A DNA stretch of 64,000 nt from Podarcis pityusensis (Eukaryota), in assembly GCA_964106645.2 (NCBI GenBank), contig OZ067045.1. One strand, 5' to 3'. The position numbers and the translations under genes are program-made. Positions 37,588 through 51,068 of the stretch are shown here, piece after piece (positions within the stretch are counted from its first letter, which is position 1; every line of letters starts with the position of its first letter). The notes beneath the pieces were generated by a model. That model saw nothing but the letters and a program-made list of their open reading frames with translations, searched no databases and was not told the DNA's origin.

Positions 37588-39512
37588 GTGAGTGCAAAAT
37601 AAAAGGATGTATCATTTTCTTTTAGCTTTCTTGTTGTGGAATAAAAGGGTACATAGAATCAATCCAATGTCATCTAGGAACCTCTACTACAGATGCCTTG
37701 CTACTTCCATGGGGCTGCTCTGCTGTCTGAACTGAAGTCACTTCCAGGTGTTTGGCATGAGAGTTGTCAAAGAGCCCTGCTGAAATGAACTGTGGCTGCC
37801 TAACAGGATTGTTTGCAGACTTTTCTGCAACATGCTTCACCTAACCCTGCTTTGCTTTCTCGCCGATTCCTCCCAGTTCAACACAGTTTCTGAAGCAACA
37901 GTGCTCAGTAACCTTTTTTTTTTGTTACCTGCTAGCTGCTGTAATTATGCCAAAGCAGCATATGGGTGTGATACTTCCACAGGCACTAAATGGCAGAAAT
38001 CTCTTCTGTTGGATGACGTTTTCAGAACTGCTAGGACAATGCTGTGAATGTGAATGAAAATGTGAATGAGTTCGTTCAGTCATGTCAAGAGGTACCTAAA
38101 TTGAAGGTTACATCTGATTTGGCGCTCAGACCTTGGCTCCAGCTCAAGAGAAGATCTTCACCCAAGCATCTGATGCAGCAATAGTACCAGCTGTTTGCAG
38201 TTGTCCTGCCAAAGATGCTGTTTATGCCGGAGCCTATATTTGAAAGGTTCCATCACAATGTGGAAAATCCCACTCTGCTATCACTGCACAGCCATGATTC
38301 CAATGTTAAGATGATCCTGACTTACTCAGAGAGAGAAATACCTTTGCCTTTTCACTAGAACCAACCCCTGTGTGCAGCACATGGCACCTGTGCATTAACA
38401 GCCTGGCTTCTCTTCACAGAAGGCTTTGTGCCACTGAGTCCCCTTCAATCCAGACTGCAGACTACCTGGCCTGCATAGCAGGATACCAACATGATTGATG
38501 ATGGCATGTCTTACCCTTTCTGAAGCATGTTACCCAAAAAGATAAATAGGTGCCTGATTCAGGTTTTTCAGACTTCTATGCTGACAAAACAACAAATCAA
38601 TATTGTTATACGCTCAGTCAATTGTCTGCATCAGTTATGCTGAGAAGGCACACACACACATAGTTGAGAACCACAGTAGGTCCAGAACAAGATTGCAGGG
38701 GTTCTCGGCACTTACACAGGGTTTTTTGGGGGGGAGGGGTTGTGGTAGGGAAGGGAATATGGCACTGTTGGTGTGTATCCAACCTGTTATATCCCATCCA
38801 CACTTGTGGGTGTGATATAACCATGTGTGCAGGAAAAAGACAATGCACTCAAACTCACAATTTTTTAAAACCACTTTGAACAATCAGTTTTTAAATCAGT
38901 GTTTAATTTGTGCTAAAGCAGTATTTAAATTTAAGCTCTATTATGCATAACTTTGAAAATATCTTTAAAGTTGTTTTAGGGTGAATTAGAAGGTTGGGTG
39001 GAAAAGCATGATGATAAAATGGTTGCCAGCTAGAAAGACTAGAAATGGCAGCATGCTAAAACAACAATCCAATATTGAATTTGCCCTAAAACAGTTGCTT
39101 GTTTAAGTGCTATTGCATAGTTTACACAAATTATAAACTCTTCTTTGAAAAATAAGCATGTTGATAAAAGGGCTCCACTGGAGAAAGATAATAGGGATGG
39201 TACGCCAAAGTAAATGCATGGTAAATGCTTGCCAGAAAGCTTTATTATTGCCCATGTCAACATCACACCTTTTGAAAGGATGGGAGACAAATGCTAAGCC
39301 TATTACCTGTGGAGATTGCGCTGCTCTTCCACTATTTTCACAAGCCACAAGTATTACTGCTGAGACAATGGCAACACTGGCTGAGGCCTAGACAGTTCCA
39401 TTCCAAGCATCTGTGTTTTGTGGAGCTTGTTGAAAGAAAGCACTTCTCAAAAAATGCAGGCCTTCTCAGTTCTGTAAGTCCTTCTCCATTTCTCATTTGC
39501 TGTCTCTCCTAG

Positions 39513-39714
39513 GGGAAGATATTCATGTAGGCTTATATGGAGCAGCTACAGACGTCAATGTGAGACTGGACAAGAACTCCTTGATAGTTGAAAAAACATA
39601 TATCACTTTAGTGAGCCAGAGGTCTGTGGTTATTCACAATCGGAGTGATATCATTGCGCGTTTCCAGTGGAAGATCTTTGCAACGCAAGAAGAGGAGGAG
39701 CAAAAAAAGCAAAG
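39513..39714 (+). CDS. HYDIN: HYDIN coding exon 7
   Basis: (G)EDIHVGLYGAATDVNVRLDKNSLIVEKTYI...WKIFATQEEEEQKKQ(R); phase 1-2. Confidence 0.97.
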
Positions 39715-40074
39715 GTAAACTTGAGGGCTCTGGATTTGTTGGGTTCCCCGCCCCAAATTTTTTAATTCAGTATTATAGTGAAACATATTCACAATCCTCA
39801 CTTTCAAATTTTATTACACCATAGTTTCATATAATTATACAATGTATTTAATATAACATATAAATACAAATAAAGTGGCCAACTGTTTCCAAATAAAATA
39901 TATATTTAAAAAGAAATCCCTATCAGCTTGTAGTGTTTTATCTTCACGTTACAGAGAAAGTATGCATGGTTTTTAAGAAGTTTAAGGTGTCACATAATTT
40001 GAAAAACAGGGTACTTATGGTAAGTATTTTCTGAACCCTCCTAGTGTGAAACCAAAATGTGTGTTTATCAAGGT

Positions 40075-40420
40075 CAGGGCTGTTCAACCAAGTGGGCTGC
40101 AAGGGTACATTGACATGGATCTTGCAGACCATACACTGCCTTGTGGTGCACAGGGGTGGGGTGGGGTGAGACAAGTGAGGCCAAAATTTGATGCCTTCAT
40201 GCTGCCTTCCCAAAGCTGGCTAAGTAAAGTGCTGGGCTTTAAGAAGGAAATGTGAGGCTCTGGCAGGGTCCTAGTGTCCTCCTTTCTCCTTCCCAAAGCT
40301 GGGGAAGTGCGAACTTGGCTTTGGGAATGAGGCAGGAGGACTCTAGGTCCCTGTCAGAGCCCTCATACCTCCTTCCCAAAGCCCAGCACCTCACTTACTT
40401 GACTTTGGGAATGCAGCATG

Positions 40421-40455
<35 letters not shown>

Positions 40456-40459
40456 CTCT

Positions 40460-40500
<41 letters not shown>

Positions 40501-40572
40501 TGTTACTGAGGGCTGCCAGAGGATGTATTGAGGGTCTCATGTGGCCATCAGGCCACATCTTGGGCCACCCTG
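40075..40572. mobile_element. Non-autonomous hAT-like element with a long internal hairpin
   Basis: CAGGG...CCCTG ends; degenerate 8-bp TSD ATCAAGGT/ATCTTGGT; internal inverted repeat at 40194-40424. Confidence 0.65.
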
Positions 40573-40619
40573 ATCTTGGTCAATGCCTATTATATTATTG
40601 CATGCCACCCCAGTCTCTG

Positions 40620-41088
40620 AGTGGTGCAAGATTGCAGGGGTTCCAGGCACTTACACTGGGTTTGGTTTCCTCAGAATAAGGGACGGCCGAGACTATGGTG
40701 ACTCTACGATACATGGTTTATTTATACATATATAAAACCTGAGCCTACAATGGAGGGACTTACAACATTAAACCCATAAGAAGGTCTTCTTCCAATAGCC
40801 ATACCTTGGATTCCAGCAGAAATCAGGCATGGCTCTTTCACTCAGCTGCTCAGCCTGCCTCTAACCTTTAGCTTTCTCTCACACACACCACCACTATGGC
40901 TTTTGTCCTTCTAACTAACTGCTAGTTGAGGGAGGGCCCACCACCCATTTTAACCACCCATACTTAGGCCATTATGGCTCTTACTGGCTAGTTCAACAAT
41001 TGAATCCTTGCTGGATCCAGGAATTAGAAGGGTCTCAGGCAGTCAGCCTAACCTCTCCCCTCCACACCCAGAAAAAAATCTCACAACA
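40620..41088 (-). mobile_element. Possible solo LTR
   Basis: Minus strand starts TGTTGTGAG and has AATAAA toward its 3' end; a ~37-bp terminal piece recurs at 38688-38724; no TSD seen. Confidence 0.4.
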
Positions 41089-41903
41089 ATATTAAACTCC
41101 AGAACATCTTACAACATTTCTAGACCAGCTACATTTGTGTAACTCTATTGCTCTGTTGATTCTGCTGGTTCCTGTGGCTCTAACAGTGCTCTCAGTGTGG
41201 ACCAAAGCTGGAACTTAACAGGCACCAATCAATGAGCTGGTTTCTTGTGGCTACCTATCAGTGCACAACTTTGCATGATCCCCTCAGCACAACATGCATG
41301 TGCCTGCTGTTTTACCTCACATGTCCAGTCTCCCAGAGTTCGGTTTCCAACTTGCACCAACTTTAGCATGGACAGTAGATTCCTTGATGCTAATGTTGCT
41401 TCTGCACGGGGGAAATACAAAGTTCAGCTACTGGGCCGTGGCAGCAGAGTGTGTGTGGAGTAACTGGGTAACAGAGAAGGAATTCAAGCAGCAGGAGAGG
41501 TGAAAAATGGGCAATCTGTTGGACCCTTCCAACTTTGCACTTTCTGAATTTTGCAGTTCCTGTTCTCCAACCCAAAATCTGTTAAAAATGTTTATGTTAA
41601 GGAAAAGTATGCATTATAAGCCCTGTGTTGGTGAAAGCAACATCTAAAAATGCATGCCATTAAGGAAAATTGCTTGCAAAAATGTGGCCATTAGGAGAAA
41701 CATGCACTAAAGTACTGATAAATTTTATGATGAGTTAAAAACGACAACTAATGCTAGCAGATGTGGAAATGTTGTGACCTGAAGATTGGGAAAATGAGAA
41801 ATGGAAAGAAACTGAAACTGCCAGACTCATTCATCTCTAGCAGCAGACTCTGCTGCCACCAGAGTCTAGAGCTCTCTGAGAGGCACAGAACAAGTGAGGA
41901 AAG

Positions 41904-41934
<31 letters not shown>

Positions 41935-43625
41935 GCAGGTGTTGCTACGAGAATGTGGCAGGATGGCTTGGCTGAGTTGGTGGGCTGGTCCTTGCCTTGC
42001 TGTGGACTTGAAGGCACCTGTGGCTTCCCTAAAGGACCAGGCTGCAGGCAACACTAGCTGTAACCTTCCTCCTTGGTCAGAGTGAGACTTGAGGCCAGTG
42101 AGTGCATGGGCTATATGCCCCAAGGAGAAAGAGAAACAACTTGGGGGAAGGGGGCTCAGAGTTACAAGCCAGGAGCTTCCAGGGTTTCTTCCCTTCTCCC
42201 TCAATAAAAGGGGAATCCTCAAGGATAGGTGCAGGGTGCTGAGAGCGAGGGGAGGCCTTCTCAGACTCTAGCCCCTGCTGCTAAGTCTCAGTGCTGTTGC
42301 CCAGAGGAAGCATGATGTTTGCCCTCCGTCTCCAGTGGGGCTGAAGTGAGGATGAGTTCAGCCCCTTCCTTTCCCTGCTTCCACCCCTCTGGATCTCTGT
42401 GGCTAACACAGCCCCTCCATAACTGCACAATTGGGAAGAAGTGAGAGGGTGATTTTTGTTCCTATGGGGACCCAGATCTGAGCAAGTAATGGGATTTGGG
42501 GCTGAAAGAGAGGTCCTTCACCACAGGATCCACATGTAGGACTAGTTGCCTGGATTTCGAATTGTAAACAGGCTGGCCCTACTGTTAGGCAGAGTGAAAG
42601 AGTCATCTCTGGTGGCAGCTGCTGAGGGGTAGGGAGCAGAAAGAGGTGTGTGAGTCATGTAGCATCCCTGTAAACCCTGCCCCCAGGTGCAGTGGAAGAG
42701 GATGCTGTCCCCTCACTAGTGTTAAAATAAGATCCAGCTGCCAGTTGGTTGGCTCTTGTACTTGGAATTGGGAGAGAGAGTTGGTGTCTTGTCCTTTGCC
42801 TCAGGCAATGAAATGCCTTGGGCTGGCCCTACCTGTTAAGCACTGAAACGTCCAGGCCACAACTTAGGACCTTTTGTGGTGCTGTTGGGGCATCTTTAGT
42901 AAGGGTTCTAGGCCGTGTATGCACAACTTGTGTCCCACTAAGCCAAAGGCAAGTGCCCACCAGAAGGTCCAACAACTTCCTGGGTTTTTTTGGTAGCTTG
43001 CTTGGGACTGCAATAATGGGGGGGGGGGAGTTGTTGAACCCTTGACAGGCTCCAAGGTACATCTGGTGGGCCATGTTCAATGTGGGTGTTTTCCACATTT
43101 TGCTGGTCTGACCTAAGCTCTTCATGGGAAGGTGAATTTCAGGGCTGAATGCAGAGCAGACTCTTCATTTCTGGACACTTTTACCTTATCATGAGAATTA
43201 ATAATGGCTGGAGAACAGCCAGACCTGAAGTGTGACAAAAGTCTGGTCCACCTGACAAAGGGTGCAGCAGGCCCCCTTCTGCTCTTGACATCCCATGAAG
43301 ACATCAGGGAGTCATTCTTCATTCTGGGAGCACCAAGGAGGATAATAATTCAGAGGGACTTTTTAAAAAGCATAGCAGTGAGGCTATTAAATTTACACAG
43401 CTTCTGTGATAACACTTTGGAGGTGTGTAACTGGCTAATGAAGGAAGGGTTCCTGACAAGGAGTGGTTATGAGAGGGATGTTTTGCTCACGATGCTAAAT
43501 GGCATAAGGCCATCTGTTTGTCATGGTCATACTCTATTTTTTGCTTGACTGCTTTGCCAGTGAGAATTTTCAGAATAAGCACCATCTTACTCCATATTTT
43601 CAACTAATTAAAGTTAGCCATGGCT

Positions 43626-43818
43626 TTTATAAAATACTTTACTGAGCAACCTGAAGAATGGCAACTACTGAAACCACAGATTGGACTTTGGCAAACTTAA
43701 CTAGATTGATCTGTCCTGGAGGGGAAAGAGGGGTGAGTTGGGATTTTGTTTTTGTATTCTTTTCTTTCTTTTTTTGTAATTGTTATATATTGGAAATCAA
43801 TAAAACTATATTAGAAAG
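43626..43818 (+). mobile_element. 5'-truncated L1-like 3' end
   Basis: AATAAA near the end, decayed A tail, exact 15-bp TSD AAGTTAGCCATGGCT (43611-43625, 43819-43833). Confidence 0.8.
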
Positions 43819-44124
43819 AAGTTAGCCATGGCTGCTGCATAGATGAAAAAATTATCCATTGTTGAGGAGGACTCAGCCTCATCCCCTACACTTTCCTATT
43901 AGAATGCTAAACCAGGCTTTACTTGAGTAAGATGGTCTTGGTTGTTGAAGGGGGAAAAGAGGACTGCGTATTTGAGCTGAGGCTGATTTTACTAGGCCAC
44001 CTTCATTGGTTTGGCATTTCTTAACTTGCAAGATGGGTACCTCATAACCTTTTAGAATGTGGAGTACTAAACATGCCTGCACTGAGTTGTTGCTGTTGTG
44101 TGTGCGCGCGCTCTCTCTCTCTCT

Positions 44125-44167
<43 letters not shown>

Positions 44168-44255
44168 ATGTTTCATTCTCTTGCCCTCTCAGCATAGTCA
44201 GAATGAGAGAGCAGCTAAGGGAAGAGAGAAGGTCCTAGAGGGGCATAGCCTAGAG

Positions 44256-44390
44256 CAGCTTTCCTCAAGCTGGTGCCCTCCAGATGTTTTGGACTACAGC
44301 TCCTATCATGTCTAACCCTTGGCCATGATGGCTCAGGCTGATGGGAGTTGAAGTCCAAAATATCTGGAGGGGAGGTTAGGGCAGGCTAGG
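44256..44390. mobile_element. Degenerate palindromic hAT MITE (relatives at ~5200-5337, 29170-29230, 54370-54450, 63310-63420)
   Basis: CCTCCAGATGTTTTGGACTACA...TGAAGTCCAAAATATCTGGAGG fold-back, similar to the 2159 element. Confidence 0.7.
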
Positions 44391-44651
44391 GCAGACTCCC
44401 CTAGCCTGCCCTAAGGCCTTGCTAAATTCAAAAGTTGCATAGGATCACAAGACTGCTGCTTGATGTGTTGGCTGTCAGAGCCAGAGGGATGGGTCTCAAA
44501 ATTCCCCCAAATCTTGAAAACCTGCTGTTTATCCTGTAAGCAAATGCCAGTTGTAGCCTGAGAGTTCCAGCCATCCTCATTTGCTCTCCTCTTGGCTCCA
44601 AGTTGCCTATTACATGATCCATTTCCTCCTTTTTTCCCCCTGCGGCTCCAG

Positions 44652-44835
44652 GCTATGCCATACACTGCAGGCCGAGGAAGAGGGTGTGCTGGATCAGCTC
44701 CTGGCTGAGTGTAATATGCATCCTGATCTTCGTGAGCATCTCTCCATTGTCACCCGTACCTTTCAGAACCGCCAGGCCAGGGTGCAGGAAGACTCCATGC
44801 TCTTCAACAATCACGTTTTTACTGTTGAGCCTCTG
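44652..44835 (+). CDS. HYDIN: HYDIN coding exon 8
   Basis: (R)LCHTLQAEEE...LREHLSIVTRTF...FNNHVFTVEPL; phase 2-0. Confidence 0.95.
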
Positions 44836-44956
44836 GTAAGAAACTGTGCCTAGAAATTATGACAAGCATAGGCGTGTCTATGCTATTTGTATGCTGTGTT
44901 CTAAAAAAGCTTTGGGGTATTCTCAGTAATCCTCACCCAAACTTTGTGAGGGAAAT

Positions 44957-45009
44957 TTCCTTCCTTCCTTCCTTCCTTCCTTCCTTCCTTCCTTCCTTCC
45001 TTCCTTCCT
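44957..45009. repeat. (CCTT)n microsatellite
   Basis: Direct reading. Confidence 0.95.
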
Positions 45010-45040
45010 ATTAAAATAGAACAGTGTCAAATTGCATATA

Positions 45041-45281
45041 CAGTGGAACCTTGGTTTTTGAATGCCTTGGTACTCGAACATTTTGGCTCCTGAACACCGA
45101 AAACCCGGAAGAAAGTGTTCCGGTTTTCGAAAATTTTTTGGAAGCCGAACATCCAATGTGGTTGTCAGCTATTGTTTCTGGGGTGCCAGCACCAATTGGA
45201 AACCGCACCTTGGTGTTCAAATGTTTCGGAAGTCGAACGGACTTCTGGAATGGATTACATTCGAGAACCAAGGTACCACTG
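45041..45281. mobile_element. Related Tigger/pogo-like MITE (different subfamily)
   Basis: TA|CAGTGGAACCTTGGTT...AACCAAGGTACCACTG|TA. Confidence 0.85.
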
Positions 45282-45393
45282 TACCTGTTATTCTCCTCAC
45301 GCTGGAGATGGAAGGCTGACCAAGCAATCCTGTTTTTGAGCTATGCTGGCTGAGGGGCTCCTGGATTTGGCAGAATGCAAGATGCACTTCCAC

Positions 45394-45510
45394 CATGGGT
45401 GTAGCCCTGGCAGGGTGGTAGACATCTGTCCCCCTAAATACAAATCAATACAAATTTGAGGTTCTGCCCCCCCAAAAAACCTGCCCCCCAAAATCCTGAT
45501 TGCACCCATG
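45394..45510. mobile_element. Small hAT MITE (117 bp)
   Basis: TIRs CATGGGTGTAG / TTGCACCCATG; 8-bp TSD ACTTCCAC/ACTACCAC. Confidence 0.75.
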
Positions 45511-45759
45511 ACTACCACCAGGACAGATAAGGCCAATGGAACACCACAGGTATGCCAGCAGAATGCTCTGCCATTGCAGCTGTTCTGCCACTAAATATAT
45601 GCCAGCAGAGCATGGTTTAAAAAGTGCAGAGTCATTGAAAGGATGGGGGTAGCATTGGGCAGAAGTCATATTTAACACTTCTTAAAATCATGAGAGCACC
45701 TCCATCAATAGTGGAGCTGTTCACCATCCTTGGACCCAGCACTAGGACATTCCCTCCCA

Positions 45760-46620
45760 TTAAATCATAGCATTGAAAGGGATGAGGGAGGTCATCTCTG
45801 CAGGGCAAGGTGTGCAGCTACAGCATCCCTGGCAGTTGGACATCCAGTCTCTGCTTAAATACCTCCAGAGGAAGAAAGCATCCCACTAGCTAAGGGAGCC
45901 TGTTCCACAGTTGAACAACTCTTGCCACCTGCTTTCTTACCCTTTCCTGTAGTCTGGAGCAACAGGAAACAATCCTTTTCCATCTTCTGCATGACTGACA
46001 GCCCTTTGGATATTTGAAGACCCCTATCATGCCTCCCGTTAATTTGCTCTTCTCCAGGCTAAGCATGTGCAGCTCCTTCAACTGTTCTCACAAACTTTGT
46101 TGCTGTGCTCTTGAGTAGGGGGATGACATGAGAGTTGTATAAAATTATTTGTAGTGTGGAGAAAGTAGACAGATAAATTTCTCCCTCTCTCTTGAAACTA
46201 GACCTCACTGGGGGTCATTCAGTGAAGCTGGATGTTGGGAGATTCAGCTTTCCCTTCTGCTGGCACCAATTAAAACCTTGCTTGCATGCAGGAAAGCTTG
46301 TAATTATTGTTATCTGTGTTTTTCCAAAACAACTTGGATGATGTTGTCATAGAAACTTAGAGCTGGAAAGGGAGTCATAAGATCCTGAAGAACTTGCTAG
46401 ATCAGGCCAGTGGCCCATCTGGTCCAGCATCCTGTTCTCACAGTGGCAAACCCACAAGCAGGAGCAGAGCACAAGAGCACTATCCCTTCCTGTGGTTTTC
46501 AGCAAATGGTATTCATAAGTCCTCTCCATGAATTTAAAGCCACCTAGTTGGGTGGCTGTTACTGACTCCTGTGGGACTGAGGTCCTTGTAGGCTACCTAG
46601 TCCAACCTGCTACTTAAGGC
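45760..46620. mobile_element. Cluster of degenerate CR1 fragments
   Basis: CR1 RT C-terminal-like peptide on minus (ELHMLSLEKSKLTGGMIGVFKYPKG...VVQLWNRLP) plus CR1 tails. Confidence 0.7.
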
Positions 46621-48399
46621 AGGAAATCTGGAACTGAAGATCTCCCACTGGTCAAACTGTATGTGAAGAGCAAGATCTCCAGCAGGGAACCAGTAAATGA
46701 CAAAAGCCAACGAGGCTATATCCAAGATGATTTGTTGTTTTCACTAGTCTGCAGGCAATACTCCAGAAAACCACTGGTGAGTCAGAGCCACCTAGTCAGT
46801 AAGTGGTGTTAGTAAAGAGTTGTTTCTGGGCTGCAAATCTAAGCTCTTTGTGGTCTGGTCTAATCTTGATGCTTGAACAAAGCAACTTGAGGACAGATTC
46901 TGAAACTAAAGGGTTATGGAAAAATAAAGGAACCCAACTTAAAAAAAAGAATATGTTTGTGGAAAGTAAAAAGCCAAACGATCTGAGCATCTTTCCAAGC
47001 CCATGGGAAATAAATGGTTATGCAACTCTGACTTTCAGAGTACATCTCAAATTTAGCTTGATTTGGTTTTGCAAAGAAGCATGATCTGTCAGCAAAAAAG
47101 CTCTGGGGGAAGCCCAGGTGGCTTTTGCTCTTCTAACTGCTGAATAGCTTTGATTCCATTTGCAACATCTATTAGCTGCAAGTCACATTGTGAACATGTG
47201 CAAGCTGACTCCTTGGAAATGGAAACCAGAAGCAAAGGGAGGTAAGGTGTGTGCTGCTATTGCACTGCCCTTGACAGGACATCACTGCCCTCCCCTTTAA
47301 ATATGCTGCTCTGTCAGGAAATTTAACTTTTTATACCCTCTTATCAGATTGTTGCAGCAGCAAATAAAAGCTGAAACACAGCTATACTCAACCGCCTAGA
47401 AAGCCACTTGGCAAATGCATATTTACCAGAGCGAGCTCCTTTTAATTAGCTGGTGATGTATTGCATTTGTCATGAATAAGCCCATAATATTTTGAGGTAG
47501 GCCTGCAAGCTTAGATATTCTGGTGATGACTCCAGCCAATAGGGGAAGGACTGTCTGGGAATGTGTGCCAAGGAGGCAACACTAAGGCAATGAGCTTCTG
47601 ATGGCTCCATTCTTAACAGGGTGGTTTTACCTGGGTGTGTCTGGCTTTCTGGTTCCCTGGGGAAGTCATAGAGTAAAATTCATCTTGAGAACAGGATGCT
47701 GGGAACAAACAGCAATTCCAGTGATGCAATTCTTACAACCTTATTGGGCTGCATCCGAATCTCTGAGAGGTCAGGTAGGAAGGAGCCTGGTAAGCTAGCT
47801 CCATCTGTAAGGGCATCCTTGGTCTTGCTGATTGTGGCATGAAATGAGGGCTATGCAGCCAACCTCTCTGAATCTGTCCTGCTCACTGACCCTTCAATGT
47901 GGGCTGTTATTTTGCAGGCTCTTGGTAAGAGCTACAAGACCCCTGAAATGAAATGCCCACTCATTTGTGTGCACTGACCATCCAGCACACACAGCTATAC
48001 ACCTCTGCTTCCCAGCCCATGTGCGGACAAACTAGCTCATGTGTTTGGTTGTAAGCAGTAAGAGGAAAATAGCATTAGTTCTGATAATCAATATGTTTTT
48101 ATAAAAAACAAGCCATACCAGGTCTTTTTTGATAACTTAATGGATTTTGTGGATAAAGTTCTAAGCACTTGATCCAACCAATATATCTTGACCTCTGCTA
48201 GGCTTCTGTCAGAGGTCTGTGTGACTTTATTGTATGAGGTTTGAAAGAAAGCAAGGTAAAGTAATAATCAGACCAACATTTGATTGGAAAGCCATATCCT
48301 GTGATACACAGAGTTCAGTGTTCCTGTTCTGGTGCCTTAGTCAAATATTTGACGTGGGAGTAGCAACTATGATCTTCAGATTTGTCAACAATACAATAT

Positions 48400-48680
48400 G
48401 CCCCCTGACTGAAACCCTGTAGAGTTGCTGCCAGTCAGTGTAGACTGGGAGGGGGATTTTTGTTCTGTTTTTGTTCTTATTTTCATTATGTATTGTGTGT
48501 GTTTTATATTGTAATTTTATGTTGTGAACTGCCCTGAGATCTACGGATGTAGGGGAGTATACAAATTTAATTTAATTTAATTTAATTTAATTTAATTTAA
48601 TTTAATTATTATAATAGTAGACAATACTGAGCTAGATGGACCAGAGGGCTCACTATGTGTATGACAGTTTCCTAATTTTC
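48400..48680 (+). mobile_element. SINE interrupted by an L2-type 3' end carrying a (TTTAA)n tail
   Basis: SINE body breaks at gtagac and resumes at gtagacaatactgagctagatgg; insert spans ~48446-48616. Confidence 0.7.
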
Positions 48681-49553
48681 AATGTAAAGTGTTACATACA
48701 TACGGTTAAAAAAAAGAAAGGTACAAATATAAAATGGAAGGAAGGCAGCCAAAGATTACTGCAAAAGGTTTAGCAGAGAGAGTTGCTGGATGACACACTG
48801 AGCATGAGTCAGGTGTGTTGTTTCAGTGGCTCAAAAGGTCACTGTCAAGACCATAATGCCCAAGTCTTGGGAAAGGATAGTGCTGCTCCATTGAGGACTG
48901 GTTGGTTAGTCAACAGAGCAATTAAAGAACCTGCTTGGGCAAGAAGGTGGTATCTTCTTCCTTGAAGGAAGGGTTGGGCTCTTAGGGGTGCTTCAGATGT
49001 CTTGGAGGAAAAAGTGAGGTGCTCCATTGAGTCATTTAGCATTAGGGGCTCAGCTCCCACTTCTGCCTTTGTGTCACCTACTCCAGAATTCTGTTTCCAA
49101 TGGAGGCCTGTCAAATGCCTCTGGAAAGCTTACAAGCAGAGCATAAAGCAAATAGCCACAAACACATGTTTGCTGCTGGCACCTGCCACTTGGAGGGACA
49201 CTGTTTTTGAAGATGGAGGTCCTATTAAGCTAGTGGAGCTCTATGCACAGACAGAAGTAGGGAGGATGAGACTTGAATGTGTGAAACTGAGTAAAGATGG
49301 TATGGGAGAGCTTAGCAAGGGGAAGGGGACTTTTTAGAGGCCCCAGGTGCCCCTAATTTTGGGTTGGGAAATTGCCTTGCTGGATCTTGTTGGAATCTTT
49401 GGCCATAGAAGACAGTCCAGCAAATGCTGCACTTCCAGCTCCCCAGGATGAAAGGATTCTTTAGACCTGCTTATGTTGAGAAGGCAGGGCTGGAAGGGTG
49501 GTGCTTAAAGCGTTTTTGAATGACCTCACATATCACTTCCCTTCCATCTTTAG

Positions 49554-49653
49554 GAGGGAGAAGTTTGGCCCAATTCCACAACCGAAATCAGTGTAATCTT
49601 CAGGCCACAAGAAGCTGGGGTTTATCACCGAACTGTATACTGTGATATCTCAG
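49554..49653 (+). CDS. HYDIN: HYDIN coding exon 9
   Basis: EGEVWPNSTTEISVIFRPQEAGVYHRTVYCDIS(G); phase 0-1. Confidence 0.96.
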
Positions 49654-50934
49654 GTATGATATTCCCACCTCACACTGTCATTATGGGATACAGTAGGTGC
49701 TTTCAGAATTCCTGAAGTCTGGTCTCGCACTCTGGTGAGCCAGAGATCAGTAGGCCTCCCAGTTACATCAGATGCCTGCCAGCTTGATTGGGAGATGCCT
49801 AGCACAGTCTGAAGCACATGTTCTATTCTGCTCTGCTTGACAAGAGGAAAGAAACCAGCCCTGAGCATGTTTGTTTGCCCTTTGCAGAAATGCAGTGTGT
49901 TGTTGCAGGCTCTGGACAGGAGCATACCTAGCTATTGGTGAGGTTGGCCCCTGCCAAGGATGCAGGCCCAAGGGGGCATGGAAATTGTGCTGCTAGTGAG
50001 TGTGTGTGTGGGCAGAAGGGCCATGTGAATCTTTCCTCCATTCCTCCCTCGCTCCTTCCATGTTTTGCCACCCCCAACCTAGCCAGAGGCTGAGACCAGG
50101 GTAGCATTGCTCCTGCCACTTCCCCGGCCCAGGCAGCAGCAGAAGGAGGTGCTTATCTCCAGCACAGCCATAGCAGCTCCTGACACATTCCCCTCTCTCT
50201 GTGTGTGGAAATCTTGAATGGAGGAGTGGTTGGGGGAGGGAAGGAGTGTGTAACCCTTTCTCCACAGCCACTTTTTTGTTCCATATCATCTCACCCAAAC
50301 TTAGTTTCTCTCCACGTTGTTTCAGATGTTCGCACCACAAACATTTGGAACACTGAACATGGGTATCAAATGCAATGGGAGGGAAAAATATTGCTGGGAG
50401 GAGGACATATTTGGAGTAGAGAAACAGTAGATAGGGAAAAGACCTTAAGTCCACTTCTGTGGTACTTTGTAATCTTTCAAGAAAACAACCATATCCTTGT
50501 GGGCTTTGCAAGAGCACGTAGAAATGGTATTATGATCAGCCACTCACAATAAGCCACATTGATCCACCAGGATTCCATGGAGAGGGGAAAAGAAATTTAT
50601 ATTTGTTGACAACTTGCTAGCTATTCCTTGAAGAACTTGACTGCTGATCCCCAGTATAGGACTGGGAAGGTCTAATCAGTGGTGGCTGGTGGAAGGCAGA
50701 GAGGCCAGTAGGAAGTGAAGCTAGAGCCAAAGACAGGCAGAGCCAACTAATTCAAGTTTTGCCCCTATCCTCCTCTCTACTTAATGACAACACAAAGATT
50801 GAGGAGGAAAAAGCTGACAGCCAGTGCCAGCAGCCCCTGGAACAGATGTACGAAAGCAGACAGGTGGGGACTGGCTGATGGCAGACCAAGGTTGGTGGGA
50901 CAGTTAAGGGAACAGCCTTAACTGGGTCTTTTTC

Positions 50935-51068
50935 TTTTTAGTATGGTTTATATTCTGCCTTTCTTGCATCTTGGAACCCAAGGTGACATACATGGGAGTG
51001 GAGCAGACTGATTTTCAGGCAGTGTCCTACCCAGCTGCTGATCAGAGCTAGCCTGCTTAGCTTCAGTG
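50935..51068 (-). mobile_element. Degenerate 5S-derived SINE
   Basis: Minus strand gaagctaagcaggctagctctgatcagcagctgggtaggacactgcctg resembles the 5S rRNA internal promoter, followed by an L2-like tail. Confidence 0.55.

Noticed and set aside
41950-43550. Possible LTR plus primer-binding site (TGGTGGCAGC at ~42610) and retroviral internal remnants
   Set aside because: Could not define LTR ends, a TSD or any gag/pol peptide.
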